Below, in pieces: positions 29,072-42,900 of a stretch of DNA of 64,000 nt. The position numbers and the translations under genes are program-made. Source of the stretch: Azolla caroliniana (Eukaryota > Plantae > Polypodiophyta); contig JBHGNT010000009.1 of NCBI GenBank assembly GCA_043228905.1, positions 10,478,001 through 10,542,000 of the forward strand, given 5' to 3'. Each line of letters opens with the position of its first letter. The stretch's first letter is position 1. Under the pieces are notes generated by a model. That model had not been told where the DNA came from, ran no database searches, and saw nothing but the letters and a program-made list of their open reading frames with translations.

Positions 29072-29356
29072 GTAAGAAACGTTAGAAAACTCAAACCCAA
29101 TTATTTGTGCAACCTTGGCACACTTCAGCCACAATGCATAGGGTTTTGAACTCTAGTGTAATGACCACATATATATGGGTCAAAGTTTTAGGGCGAGAAG
29201 TCTAATATCCATGTAAGAAACGTTAGAAAACTCAAACCCAATTATTTGTGCAACCTTGGCACACTTCAGCCACAATGCATAGGGTTTTGAACTCTAGTGT
29301 AATGACCACATATATATGGGTCAAAGTTTTAGGGCGAGAAGTCTAATATCCATGTA
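29072..29356. repeat. Perfect 141-bp tandem duplication
   Basis: GTAAGAAACGTTAG...CTAATATCCAT repeated at 29072 and 29213, with GTA junction microhomology. Confidence 0.95.
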
Positions 29357-30559
29357 TACAATACAATTGCTCTGATGAGAAAACAATGCACACAAAAAGT
29401 ACTATGATGGATAAGAGCACTTCGAAATTTCATTCATTATGTTTACATCACGTATCATACAAGCAAAGCCATCAACACCACGTGGAATGACCATATCAAA
29501 ATGAAGGGAAACAACCATGATAGTCAAACCTCTATATCAAGGTTGTTTTTACCACAAGCACGTAACGTTTAGGTACATATACTACCTCGTGAATGACACT
29601 ATACCTACTATACTTTAAAGTTACTATACCAACTTGCTCATTTTTTGTTTAATGTAATGCTAATATATCGGTGCAAAAAATACTAGTAGTATGTATTTAT
29701 TTAAAAAAACTCCCAATATCCTAAATATGAAACATTTCATGTACATCAAATATTCAAAATTGTTATCGAATCGTTGCTCACGAAAAAAACTCCCCTTACT
29801 TTTTCTTTTCCTTATGTCTCGAGCGCACTGACAATGGGTTGATTTCAATGACATGGTTATAAGTTACGAGAAATTGGAGTTTAAGACCAAAGTTGAAGTT
29901 GAATGATGGAGACCAAGTAACATTTTCGTCCGGTTTTGCGAAAGACTTGTCATTTTTAGCTAAAGTAGTTTTTTGAAGTAGTTTCAAAAGTTTGTATTAA
30001 TAACGAATATTGTGGACTTCTTTTATCTCATTTTAATGCCTAAATAATGTTGCGGTGTTTGCTACTTTGTTTATATTATAGAGCCTACATGAAGTTGCTT
30101 GACAACATTATTATAGAGGCTGTATAATCCAATTATTGAAAGTAAGCGATTTTGGTTGTTTGTTTCCTTAAGAATTTATGTTTGATCTCAGATCTTAAAT
30201 GCTAACTCATGAAATGAGGCACATACACTTTAAATGGACTAGGTAATATAATGTTATCTATTGTTTAAAACAGTAAACTCGCTATAATTTGTTTTAGAAA
30301 ATGTCATGTATGCTTAACGTACTATGTATATGTTGAATATGCATCTCATGAGTATTTAACACCAAGACAACATGGGTTTTTCCCCCTATTCCACATAAGG
30401 CAAGGATGATGCATTTAAACTCAAAATAGAGAGTGGTAGAATGGGAGAAACCAACAACTAATAGCAAGAAATGCACGCTATGTATGAGGAACCGAGAGTT
30501 GGACAATAGACAATATTGCATTTTTTGATGTCATACTATCTTATATGAGGCAAATACTA

Positions 30560-30657
30560 CTATGTAGAGTTTCAATATGGATTTGGACCAACTCGGCTTC
30601 TTGTAAAAATCTGTCCTCACTAATGGGAAAGTATCTCCTTTTTAGGGGAAAAAAAAA
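30560..30657 (+). mobile_element. Isolated L1-type 3' tail
   Basis: CTAATGGGAAAGTATCTCCTTTTTAGGGG-A9 matches the 3' terminus of the L1 ending at 13143 and the tail at 55551-55585. Left boundary approximate. Confidence 0.55.
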
Positions 30658-32316
30658 TATGGGTTTGGACCGTTGCACCATGTTATGTAACTTCAAAGGG
30701 TTAACTTAGCCTTATTGAAAGATAGGTAGGGACTTTGACAATCATTAGGAGAGCCTATAAGGGCCATTCATCTTAACTTGCTTCCACCACATTCCACAAT
30801 CCATTATTGTCCCACAACCCACTTAAGCCAAATAAAGTAAGTGCATGAGATGAAAATGAGAATGAGACACTACCCTAACCAAAAATAGATAAGACCCTAA
30901 ATTTGGAAGCATCAAAAACTTGAGATGAGGTGTCGGTTGGGTCAACATGAATAACTTGTCTTTTACCCAAGCACAAGTAATCCTTTGGTAACATCTTATT
31001 GTTGTAAATAATGAGGTGGTCATAATTATTCAATGATGCTTATGCCATATATGTGTAATGATGTTGTTACTATTAATATTGAGAAAATTAAGTGTGGATT
31101 AAGAAACAAGGTTCATTGATTCTTGATTTCTATGTAGCTACACGATGGTCGAAACAACCTTTACATTGGCAATGATGTTAGGAATCAATTGAGACTGGAA
31201 AAATGATTGAAAATGATGTTGACCTTTATGTAACTCAAGTGTCAAAGTACGAAAATGCCGACTTGTATTGCGTAAAAATCAAGGACACACACACACTCTT
31301 TCTTTCTCTCTCTCTCTCTCTCGCCATGATAAAAGTTATTATATATATATATATATATATAAACACGATGATAATGTGAAAAATCTCTTGCCGACCCTAC
31401 TACAACACTAAGCATCATTGTGCCACGCTATAGTCCTATAGCCCCTACTTAGCCCATAAGGTCTATAAGCTATGTTGTTGTACGTAAGACTAGCTAACAT
31501 AAATGTAACTCCTTTATCTCTCCACAATCAACGAATGAGACATTGTTGCACGAGCATATTGTCCTATAACAATGTGGTTGTGACCATAGCCAAAACAATG
31601 GAGGATGACTATCACAGAAATAAACTTGGCCAGGGTCATTCCAAGTGCGAGAGCATAACATAACCTTGAATAGACGCGAAATTGTGCATGGGCAATGATA
31701 TGTGGGTTGGTAGGAGGATGTGAAACAACGACCTTGGAAGAGTACTCGATTGAATGGAGATGTTAACAATGTGTGAGAGTGAGAGTAATCACAAGATATA
31801 TGCATGGTGGAGAATAATAAGAAAAGATGGAGTAGAGTTTCCATCTTGCAAGGCAAGTAAAGGGAAGGCGAAAGTCGATGTCGATTGCGGCATACAATTA
31901 CACTACTTTACATATGTTGTATGAATGTATGTATGCATGTATTTGTATGTAGGAATGTGTGTGTATGTGTGTACATTGCATGCACCAACGTTTATTAACT
32001 AACGGGTGGCAAGTGGCAAAAGAAAAAGGAGAAAAGAATTTGTCAAAGAAAGAGAGAGTGATGTGGAAAAAGTATAAAAAAAGAAAAGAAAAGGGGGAGG
32101 GGGACAACACAAACATAATATATGTGTAGAGAGGATAAATAATAAAAATAAGAGTAAACAAACAAAAAGAGAGGGGATGGGAGAAAGGAAAAAGAAAAGG
32201 GGGGAGAGATGGGTGGATGGGTGGGGTGGTTAGGAGGCACAGACAGAGAGAGAGAGAGAGAGAGAGAAAGATATATTAACGTCTTCTAAGGCCATCCATC
32301 CGTCCGGGCGGGCGGC

Positions 32317-32388
32317 CAACGGTCACCCAACCTCCTCTCCTTCCTTCATGCCAGCTGGCATCGCACGTGCAAGGCCAGAGACCACGTA
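32317..32388 (+). promoter_or_regulatory. Cluster of cis-elements upstream of the MYB gene
   Basis: CAACGG MYB core at 32317, palindrome ATGCCAGCTGGCAT at 32348-32361, G-box CACGTG at 32364-32369, ABRE-like CCACGTA at 32382. (GA)n just upstream; TATATAAG at 32759. Confidence 0.5.
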
Positions 32389-32892
32389 TGCCTTCTCCTT
32401 TTTCCATTACTATTCCCTCTCTCTCTCTCTCCCCTTTCCATTCTTATTTTTCCAAACAATTGGGCTTCCTTTTCCTTATGTTTTATTTGTCCATGAAATT
32501 TGGTTTGGTGACGAGGAAGTTAGTTTATTTTTGTATTCCACATTTTCATTCATTACAGCACAAACTTATGGACATACATACACATACATGTATGTATTAT
32601 TATATAAATTGATATATAATCCCCCCCCAATTTATCCAAAATTCTGGGGTTAAACAATAATGTTAAATAAATAATGCTACGGGAGAAAACAAATTAATGT
32701 TGAAGAAGCTTCCGTGAACCTTCTTCCTTTTCAATTCTAATTCATATCACAACACACATATATAAGAAAAGAGATAGGCCCATATTAGAAAGAAAGAAAG
32801 AAAGAGGAAGGGAGAGGGAAAGAGAGAATCTATCTATCTATCCATCCCATCTTTTTCTCAACGAACAAGAAGAAACGCATCCGGTAGCAGCT

Positions 32893-34416
32893 ATGGAAGC
32901 ATCATCCTTCCATCCTAATCACAATCACAATCACAATCACAATCACAATCACAGTAGCAGTAGTAATAGTAGTAGTAGTAGTAGTAGTACCATTACTACC
33001 TCTAACTTGAAGTCTGCCATGTTTTGGGGTGTGGCGGCTGCGACCCCTACCTCTTCCTCTTCCTCCATGGCCCAATGCGAGCGCATCAAAGGTCCATGGA
33101 GCCCCGAGGAAGACGTTGCCCTTCATCGAGCCGTCGATCACTTTGGCCCCAAGAATTGGTCGTTGATAAGCAAGGCGGTGATGGGCAGATCGGGGAAATC
33201 ATGCCGCCTGCGGTGGTGCAACCAATTGAGCCCCGAGGTGCAGCACCGCGCGTTCACACCTGCCGAGGATGCCGTCATTCTGTCGGCCCACGCCAGGCAC
33301 GGAAACCGATGGGCGACCATCGCTCGCCTTCTCCCGGGGCGCACCGACAATGCAATCAAAAACCACTGGAACTCGACGCTACGCCGGGCCTCTTGTGGCC
33401 ATCAAACATCGGCCGGGATGGCCGCCCCCGCCCCCGCCCCATCTCAATCATCGGACCACCTCCTACCCAAGTTGCCCACCTCTCCCAATTCTCCCCCCTC
33501 CATGATCTCCTCCGTAGCTGAGCCCACCATCTCCCTCGGCCTTGGCCTCGGCCTCAGCCCCAGCCCCAGCCCCAGCCCCCCCATGTCAAGGTCATTCTCA
33601 TCCATAGCCGACCAAAGCGATAGCAGCTGCTCATCACAAATAATGAAGCGCCACCGGTCTCCATCAACCGCATCCTCCGACTCTGGCTCTGAATCTTACA
33701 CTATCTCTAAGAAAATGAAACAAGCCAAGCGAGCTGCTGCCACTATTACTACTTCTACTACTACTATGCCATCTGATCTAAATTTGAACTCAAGTGATCT
33801 CGGGTGTCGGATTTCGGGGCCTGCTTCCTTCAATCCCAAACGTAATTCGAGCAATCCCGACCACCGAATCGGGAGTCCCTTGTCCGACGATGATGGAGCT
33901 TCCACGACAACAACCTTACCTACCATTACTACTACCACCACCGCCAACATGACAACTACTACTTCTATCACGCAACCCGCCGATTTGTTCCTTTCCTTAT
34001 CTCTTCCAGGGTCAGCGAGATCATTAAAAGAATCTGAAGCATTAGCATCATGCCAAGGAGAAGCATTGGAGATTAATGGTTGCGCAACGAAGGAGCAACC
34101 TATGGACATTCAACCAAAGAATTGTGGTAATGGCTTGAATATGCAAAGTGAAGATCAGCTAGTAAAGCTTATGGGTGCTGCCATCCATGTGGCACTATCA
34201 CAAGTTATCCCGCCCATCCAGCTGGCACCGTCCACCAACTGGCAGGAGCTGAGTAGTCCCTCCTCCTCCTCCTCCTCCTCCTCCTCCTCCTCCTCCTCCT
34301 CTTCTTCTTCATGTGATAACAATATGAAGATGATGGCCCTCATGAAAGACATGGTTTCTGCAGAAGTCCAAAGACAGTTGCAATTGGGTGGCCTCTTGGC
34401 ATCTCATCACATGTAA
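32893..34416 (+). CDS. MYB44: Intronless R2R3-MYB transcription factor, subgroup 22 (MYB44/MYB73-like), 507 aa
   Basis: [74 protein letters not shown]. Subgroup-22 motifs LSLSLPG and [10 protein letters not shown]. Lack of introns is typical of S22. Symbol denotes the clade, not proven orthology. Confidence 0.95.
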   Translation: MEASSFHPNHNHNHNHNHNHSSSSNSSSSSSSTITTSNLKSAMFWGVAAATPTSSSSSMAQCERIKGPWSPEEDVALHRAVDHFGPKNWSLISKAVMGRSGKSCRLRWCNQLSPEVQHRAFTPAEDAVILSAHARHGNRWATIARLLPGRTDNAIKNHWNSTLRRASCGHQTSAGMAAPAPAPSQSSDHLLPKLPTSPNSPPSMISSVAEPTISLGLGLGLSPSPSPSPPMSRSFSSIADQSDSSCSSQIMKRHRSPSTASSDSGSESYTISKKMKQAKRAAATITTSTTTMPSDLNLNSSDLGCRISGPASFNPKRNSSNPDHRIGSPLSDDDGASTTTTLPTITTTTTANMTTTTSITQPADLFLSLSLPGSARSLKESEALASCQGEALEINGCATKEQPMDIQPKNCGNGLNMQSEDQLVKLMGAAIHVALSQVIPPIQLAPSTNWQELSSPSSSSSSSSSSSSSSSSSCDNNMKMMALMKDMVSAEVQRQLQLGGLLASHHM

Positions 34417-35479
34417 ATTTTTGTATCATATCTTCTTTATCATCGTAACATGAGAAGGGACTCCCGGTAGAATTTTTACCATCTGGACCTGTGTCAATCC
34501 AGCTTACTGGTGAGAAGTCTCTTCTATTTTGAAGAGGAAATTTGGTATCGAGACGTTAGAAGAGAATTATATGAGAGATTGAAGATAAGTAAAGATATTT
34601 AGTCAGATCTGGCTTTTCTTGATTCGTCATCCTTGAATCAAGTCTCAAAATCTAAGTCTCTGTAACAGTAAGCCAGAGATTTGATCTTCATTGTAATCTC
34701 TACAGTGGCATCATCTCACAGAAAACCAGAGATAGAAATTCACTCTGAGAACTAGCCAAAGCTAAAATCTGGAACAAAAACTATCATCCTCATCATGGGT
34801 CCATCTGTTACCTAAATGATCCAGAACTAGATATATGTTCTCCATGGGTCACCGCAATAAGCCGTTTTCAGAGAATCAATCCCAAATGTTTAATGTACAA
34901 ATTTGAGTCTGGAAATACATCCAAGGGTAATGAATGCTATAAAATTTTACAAATTTATGACGTTTTAGATGGAATAAATAAGTTTTCAGTTCTTTGTTGA
35001 CTACAATTACATATAATCAAAGCAGCGTTAGTAATCATTGATTCATTTCAGTATTTCAGTACCCTTTGTTAAAGCCATCTACTAGGATGGTGAATCAAAT
35101 TGCAGGTACATCAATAAAGACATTTTATACGGGCATAACTACCTACAAATTAATATTTTACTTGCTGATTCTTTTTAGCCTGTTGTACACACTCGTTTCC
35201 CATATAGCCAACCTAGAGAAAAAGTATGGTGAAAACAATGAGAGAAAAACATCTTATTTCATCTCAAACGTCAACATTCGTACAAAGAAGGCACACAAGA
35301 TACCATAGCATGCCAAAGTATGAGTTCTAAGAAGTTTTCCAATAATGTATAAATATCCCATTTTCTATATTGTGAGAATGATACTGAAACAACCTATAAG
35401 TCACATATATAAGCTGTGCCTCTTCATAACCATCACAACATATACTTTCACGTCACTAATTCGTCAATGGCTGCAAAAT

Positions 35480-36330
35480 ATTTTAAAAACATTAACTGAG
35501 TTAAATGAAAACCTAGCATTTACCTGGTCAGCTTTACATAAACTAGATATGCCTGTGTCCAAATTGAACTTAAGCCTCTATACTCTCAGTTCGAAAAACA
35601 ACATTTTATCAGCAAACATTGAACTGTGGAAAAACCTTTCACACGAAAGCAATATATTTTCTAAGCTTCAAATAAGGCATGCCTCCAGTAAATTCAATGA
35701 TTTTCCAAAAAGAGATTGTTTAAGTCCGAAGAAATATTGGTAACCATGCGACAAACCATTTTGTCCAAATTGACAGGATATACAAACTCGACCTTTACCA
35801 AACTATAAACCTATAGCTTCCAGAGTTTCAGTTCAATGAGAGCATTGAACCTTGGAAAATACATCACAAACTCAGCTTCAAATAAGCAATGCTGCAAATG
35901 CATTTCATTGTCAAAAGAAGACTTAAGTTGCAAAACATTGAACCTCGAAAAAATAAGTTAAGCTTCACATAAGTTAAGCTGCAAATGTAAGTTCCAAGGC
36001 ATTTCATAGTCAAAACAAGATTTAGTTGCACTCATTAAACCACAGTAAAAGGTAATACACATGTTCAGATTGAGACCAGCCATACTCCGTAAGTTCAAAA
36101 ACAATATTTAGTCGCAAAATGAACCATGGGAAAACCAATAGATATAGATTTTCAGCCTCACACAAGCCATGGTTTCAGAATTTCAGGAAGAACATTCAAG
36201 TCAGCAATACATTGACCAGAGGAAATCATACACATGGGATATACATTTTTGGGTTCACATAAAGATATGCCTCATAACTTCCAAGGCTTTTCAGTTCAAA
36301 ACGAACATCAAGTCAAAAAAGCCCTTCCAT
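35480..36330. repeat. Highly degenerate minisatellite (about 90-110 bp units) between the two genes
   Basis: Recurrent AGCTTCA(C/A)ATAAG and ACATTGAACC-like motifs at roughly regular spacing. Confidence 0.55.
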
Positions 36331-36876
36331 AGAAAAAGTGGCAAACCACAATTCACAGGACCAGAAGAGAATACCACCAGTTGAAACCATTATGACAAAG
36401 GAGCGACCAAATTTTGCTATCTGAGATTGTTTTATAGAAAATCTCTAACACAAACTAACATGCAAAGGCAGGATGGAGATTGTATCTGTAAAAGTTTATT
36501 CATTTGTTGTCATTTCTGAGTTAGATATATACACTGCCATTTCTGCAGATTGCCATTGAATTATTCGGATGTCTTGCTAACTGTCTTTTATTTACAAAGC
36601 ATTTCACAGAAGTTGGGGCAGAAAACTTTCGCAAAATCTGCTTCTTCCAACCTCATCCAAAAGATTTACTTAGGCTGTATATATTGTCACTTGAGTGTTC
36701 CTGTGGCCGTGAATCGTTGTGGCACGAAAAACAGATTCTCAACATTAACTTCTGTTTGTAACTATAAGCTCTCCACAAACTCAATGCTTTTGTACCATGT
36801 TCAACATATCGATTGGAAATTATGGTTTTGAGGGAACACCCCGCCAATTCACAGAACTGAAGCTTATACTGAATTC

Positions 36877-36999
36877 CTACATCATAGAACTTTCCCCACA
36901 AGCATGGCCTTTATTGTCAAGCTTTTTCTTAGCTGGTTCAGGGGTGAATTCTGTAATCATTTTCACAAAAAAATGCAGCCTCCAAAGTGTGCTTGAGTC
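36877..36999 (-). CDS. GTE1: GTE1-like terminal exon 8
   Basis: ACAG| DSSTLWRLHFFVKMITEFTPEPAKKKLDNKGHACGESSMM*. Confidence 0.88.
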   Translation of the reverse strand, partial: DSSTLWRLHFFVKMITEFTPEPAKKKLDNKGHACGESSMM

Positions 37000-39900
37000 C
37001 TGTCATTACACCCAAAGTTAACATCTCTAGAACGTGTCGAAATGCAGTCAAAATATGTCATTTTTAGAGATTCACATAATAATATCTAGACATGCATTTC
37101 TTTTCATAATTTTAGGAATTAGGCATCATCCGTGTATATATGCAGGGAACACCACGCCAATTCACAGAACTGAAGCTTATACTGAATTCCTACATCATAG
37201 AACTTTCCCCACAAGCATGGTACACCCAAAGTTAACATCTCTAGAACGTGTCGAAATGCAGTCAAAATATGTCATTTTCAGAGATTCACATAATAATATC
37301 TAGACATGCATTTCTTTTCATAATTTTAGGAATTAGGCATCATCCGTGTATATATGCAGGGAACACCCCGCCAATTCACAGAACTGAAGCTTATACTGAA
37401 TTCCTACATCACAGAACTTTCCCCACAAGCATGGTACACCCAAAGTTAACATCTCTAGAATGTGTCGAAATGCAGTCAAAATATGTCATTTTCAGAGATT
37501 CACATATACAGCTTCAAAGGTAAGAAAAACATACAAGAGCTTCAAGATCAATTTGGATGTCAGTTGTGCTGCCACAGGTATTCTCCAAAGGTAAGATGTC
37601 CATTACCCTGGTTAAACTGACAGGAGGCAGCTTCTGAATTCTTTGGTATAATTTCGTTTTCTCTTCAGTTTTCATTGGCCTACAAAATTAAATCAGTTAA
37701 AATTCTATGGATAAATTACTCTAAAAGAAGTATAAATAAAGATTTCATTCATGGTACCGGCAATTGGGCAATACTTGCATGAGAAAAGAGTGGATCTTCT
37801 TTTCAACACCTGTAAGCTGGAGATAACCAAGAGAATATATATTTGTATCTGGAGGGTGTTTAGTGTGCTTAAATTTCCCAAAACATAACGAAAATGAACA
37901 TGAAATACATCATTAATAATTAGGAACAAACTCACATAATTCCATTCAATAAAGAAATACAAATTAATCCTTAAACTGTCATTAGAAAATAATATAGCAT
38001 GATTCTACCAGACCATCTTTCAACACAATGCAATCATGGATGAAAATTTAGAAAATGTCTCTGATACAACATAAATTGTTGTCAGTACATCTTACTAGCT
38101 AAAACTTGCAAAACATGGAAGTTGGTGTGGATTCTGGAATAACTATTTACACAGAAATATTATCATTGTCATAGAAGTAGTCAAAGGAATGATGGATTGG
38201 CAGGCACTGAAATATATATATATATATACAAGCTAATTCCTGCTCAACTAACATTGAGGATTATCCCATTTCCTCCTGTAATCTTGGCAAGACTTTCCTA
38301 GTTTTGCTTCAGAACTCTGCCACTTCCATTGTACTATTAGAAATAAAAGCAGTTGATATAGCAGCATCAGTGGTCTCACTGGAATATATATAATCAATTT
38401 TCCTCCCACCTGAGAAGTATAGAGCATCATGTTACTTATTATGACACATCTTATCATAGTCTTGGCAAGACTGCCCACAGCAAAGTAAATTGTTGCTTCA
38501 GAAATAAATTCCATTACAGTTTATGTTTATGTTTGCTTAATACGTCTAAATCAACAGTCGACCGTAATTGCTCAAGGTAGTTAGCACTATGAGCTTTGAC
38601 ATGCAACCTTTAGCAACCAGTGTCCTATGGGGGCTTGGTTACTTCCGGTCTTCACAACTGTTTACTCTTTTTCCACCAGCAGGGTTGACCAGCAAGAAGA
38701 ACCTAAAGCGATCTTGGACAGTTCTAAGCTGATACTTATGTAATAAAGGTACTAAGGACATAAACAAACAGAGGTAATACAAAGAAGTGTATAAAAGAAG
38801 AACAAAGAAAGAAACCTACTGTAATGCCTTCAAGAGGCCAAACTGTCCTATGAGACGGAACAAGAAATAACATCTTAAAATGTTCTCCTTTTTTGAAAAC
38901 AAACCAAAATAAATATAGCTAAACATAGGTACTAAATCATCTAGATAACTAGAACTAAAGATTCTAACTGAAAGTTCTGCCTTCAAAAAATCTCCAGCAT
39001 TAGCATCTTTGGCATTGGTAGATCTTCAAATCCAATGATCTGTGTTGTTTAGAATCAGTGCCCGATCTAGTGGAATGTCACCTTGTCGCTGCTCAGCAGG
39101 CACATACCATGCTTGGGTGTTGCTGCTCTTCACCTCAAAGGTCTGTAATTTGTTTTTCATCTGTGCAAGGCTTCAACCTGTTGTATCTCACTCAAGTGCC
39201 ATTTTTGGGTCCATTTTGGGTCAATGGGTGGCTGTTCTGGCTGAAATTTAAGCCTTCTCATTGATTTTGAGACATCCACATTTTTTTGCACCTTTGCCTC
39301 ATTGAACATAACATCTCGGCTTTTGAACTATGGTAACCAAACCCTGTGTAAGTAGTGGTAAATATATGAAACCTTTTGAATCCAGGAAGTATTTCCATCT
39401 TGTCCTTTGGAATCCAGAAAATATAGCCAACAACTTCTAGAGCAATGATCGAAAACAGTAATCAAGTGTAGAGACCCACCTAAGGGCTTTGTAGGCATAG
39501 AACATACGTCTGAGTGCATAAGTTCAAATGGTTAGTTCACGAGAATGACAAGAGTAGTAGGAAGACTTAATTTGTTTGCCATAGATGCGATTATTACAAA
39601 AGGCAAGCTTGGTGATCTTGCCACCAGCTTGTGGGAAGAATATAGGATATCAAACCCTTTTGGCTTATATGACCTAAGATTTTGCGCCATAATTCAATCC
39701 CATCCTTGAAGTCGGCAACAACAATTAATCTAGCTAGAAGAGTTCATCCTGAGAGGCAATATAGTGTTCCTCACTTGTTGCCATCAGCAATGAGCCTTGC
39801 CCCACATGTAATTTTCCATAATCCTCCTGTTGCACTGTGGAAACCTCTATAGGTTGACTGTTAGTACTAGCCTTCAAGCAGTGAGCATAATATCCATCCA

Positions 39901-42900
39901 ATATTCAGCAATTTATAGAACCAAATACAGATATATATATATATATACTCCTAAGTTTATGATAATAACCACACAAAAAAAGAATAGGAAATGCAAAAGA
40001 GAGCACTGTACCTGTGTGATTACATTCTCACCAAGTTGCATGGCAGCCTGTTCTTCTTGAGTATGCAATACTGCAACATTAAGGCAGAACTTATCCTGTT
40101 GATTTTCCTTCTTCCCTTCCTACCAGCAGAATTTTCCTTCAGATAATCATTTCCAACTTTCTTCTGAACGAAGATAAGAGCACACATACAAATAAACCTT
40201 ACTGTCTTCTTTTCCTTTTTGAACAGGAGTTTGTTACCTCTTCAAGCAACTGAGCCTCAATTCTGAGCTTCCACTTCTTTTCAAATTTTTGGGACAATGT
40301 TTTTGCCATATTGAAGACATCACTCGATGAATCATTATATAACATCGCATTCCGGAAAACAAGACGCACATCTTCACAAAATTCTCGTACATATTGATAT
40401 CCTGATCCATTCTTCACCTCTAGCTTTTTTTTTATTGTGCCAAGATCCATCGGCCTGCGAATGACCTATGCATAAAATCAGATGCATAAAAAACAAGAAT
40501 ATGTGATGTAAGATTTGTCAAATAGGATTCAATGTTGAAAATATGCTGAGTGCAGTTTCATTACTTTATAATAGTCCTTTAATTGCAGATGTTCTACATC
40601 CACAGGTTGCAAAAATGGCCATGCCCATCTATGCTGCATGAGCTGAAACATAAAAGAGTTTTAGCATTCATAAACATAATTCCACTGCAATAAAGAGCTA
40701 TTATTAAAGAAATAATCCTTAAGAAATAGCCCATAATCCTTAATATCACAGTTCACACCAACTGGTTTCCATGAGAAATTTTACTTTCAAAATGAAGTTC
40801 TTTTGTACTGATTCAATTGCGAGACTGGTTTGAATAAGAAATATATATTTTTGTGATGAAATTTTCTTTGCATTGATTTAATTGCAAATAGTTCCCTGCA
40901 GGTCTCTAAGAACAATTTGCATAAACAATCGAAAGAATAGTCCTTGTACGGAGTTTGAACATTGTGTGGGCCCATATTAGTTTCAGAATATATTTCGTAT
41001 CCTGAGTATGGAAAAAATAATAAATTTATTTGCACACCTTTTGTAGTATACTACTACATAATCGGAAAAGACCAGACATTTTTTTCTGTTTCATTGCTTC
41101 AGTTCGTACTGCATCAAATAACCTCGACTTCTTATTTACTGAATTTCCTGCTTTGTCGCCCTTCAGGGATCTATGTGCATGTACTCTTGCCCTTTTGAGA
41201 ACTGATCGGATGCGTGTAACTTGCAAGACCTCACATTGTAACTGTTACCTAGTTGTAAACATTAGTTAAATGCCCATATCCTAAAGCTTTACCCTCTTTC
41301 TTAACTTGAGGGTTTGATACTTCATATTTGAATATATCAAAGATTTTTAACGTGCATCCTGGGCTACTTTCAAAGCAGTTGTTTAAATAAGACAAAATGA
41401 AGTCAAACACCAATTAAAAAGGAAAATCACATCTACCAGGGTTAACAATTATACTGTTAAACTTTAAGTGAAGGATTCATAAATTCCAAGTAAAACATCT
41501 GCCATTTTGTCATCACGTGATTTATAATAACTGGAGCAATCACACTCACATTGACAGGCATCATTGCAGATCTAGCTATTACTTTCATCTGGCTGATGCA
41601 TCATGGATTCTAGCACAGATTGTATTTGAGTAAATTAGAGTACTCTAGGTGCTTTTGATATTTTCACTTGAACCAAAATCTTGAAATATTTTATTAAAGT
41701 GTGTGTTTGAACCCATTTCAGGTTCAAGCTGTGCCCTCGTGAATTTACTCACATATAAAATGATTGAGTCATGAAATACAGCATACATCCTTGTATGTGT
41801 GTTTTGTATTACGTATTTGTATATACATACATCCACATACAAATGCATAATGTCTAAATAGGGTTAACTTAATCCTTAGAAAGATGATATGATCAATCCT
41901 CAATAACTTTCAGAGAAATATATGTTCATATACATACATCCACATACAAATAAACAATGTCTAAATAGGGTCAACTTAATCCTTGAAAGATGATATGATC
42001 AATCCTCAATAACTTTCAGAGAAATATATGCACCTTCATAGAAATACAAAATAGATTTTAACTACACAGCATCCACATATAAACATTGAAAGCCAATTGC
42101 ATTTTTAGTACATGCAAGGAGCTATATGACATAATATTCTACATCAAAACTAAAGGTAGTTTATGTAGAAAATGTAGGGATTTTAGACTAGACTAACTCT
42201 CGCACAGAAAGATCACTTAGAAGACTTAAGGAAAAATCAGTAGATTTGGAAAAACGAGCTTCTGATTACAAAGATGTAGAATGGTTTATATAAGAAGAAA
42301 ACATAATTTGATTAAATTATGATAATAAACAGCATGATTTTCAGGAACTCGTACAAGGTTGTCCAAGAACTTCTAAAGAGGACGGGACAATAAATTGGTA
42401 GATTGCCAACATATCCCATTGGATTAGCAATCATTACAAGATAGATCCCCCTGATCTATTAATCTAATATACTGCTTATGGGCATTCTATGTAGTAATCC
42501 TCCTCGTACACATATACACATTTCTACATACACACATTTTTGCAACCTTCCCCAAGAACTCCTAAAGAGGATGGAACAATCAACTGGAAGATTGCCAACA
42601 TATCCCATTGCATTAGCAATCATTACAAGACATATCCCCCTGATCTATTAATCAAAAATATTGCTTATGGGCATTCTATGTAGTAATCTCTCCTTCTCAC
42701 ACACATATACACATTTCTACATACACACATTTTTGCAACCTTCTCCATTGAATTGAATTGCAATAAGATCCTCTGCAGAATTTGCCTAAGCACTTCAAGT
42801 GGTGTTAGAGCGCGAGAATTAATTTTTCATTGCCTATCTCTCTGTTATATCATGTTGTTGAAGACCTTCCCGTATTAAAGCTGGCTCATTTGCATCAACA

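Noticed and set aside
32902-34352. Overlapping and antisense ORFs within the MYB gene
   Set aside because: Shadow ORFs caused by GC-rich, triplet-repeat coding sequence.
36653-36901. Minus-strand ORF with ALSLWRAYSY as a candidate GTE last exon
   Set aside because: No phase-0 acceptor. 36999-36877 gives a much better ET motif (DSSTLWRLHFFV) with a canonical AG.
37007-37506. Repeat arrays (also 44152-44785 and 35480-36330) as CRISPR-like arrays
   Set aside because: Long tandem units without unique spacers, eukaryotic context, no cas genes.
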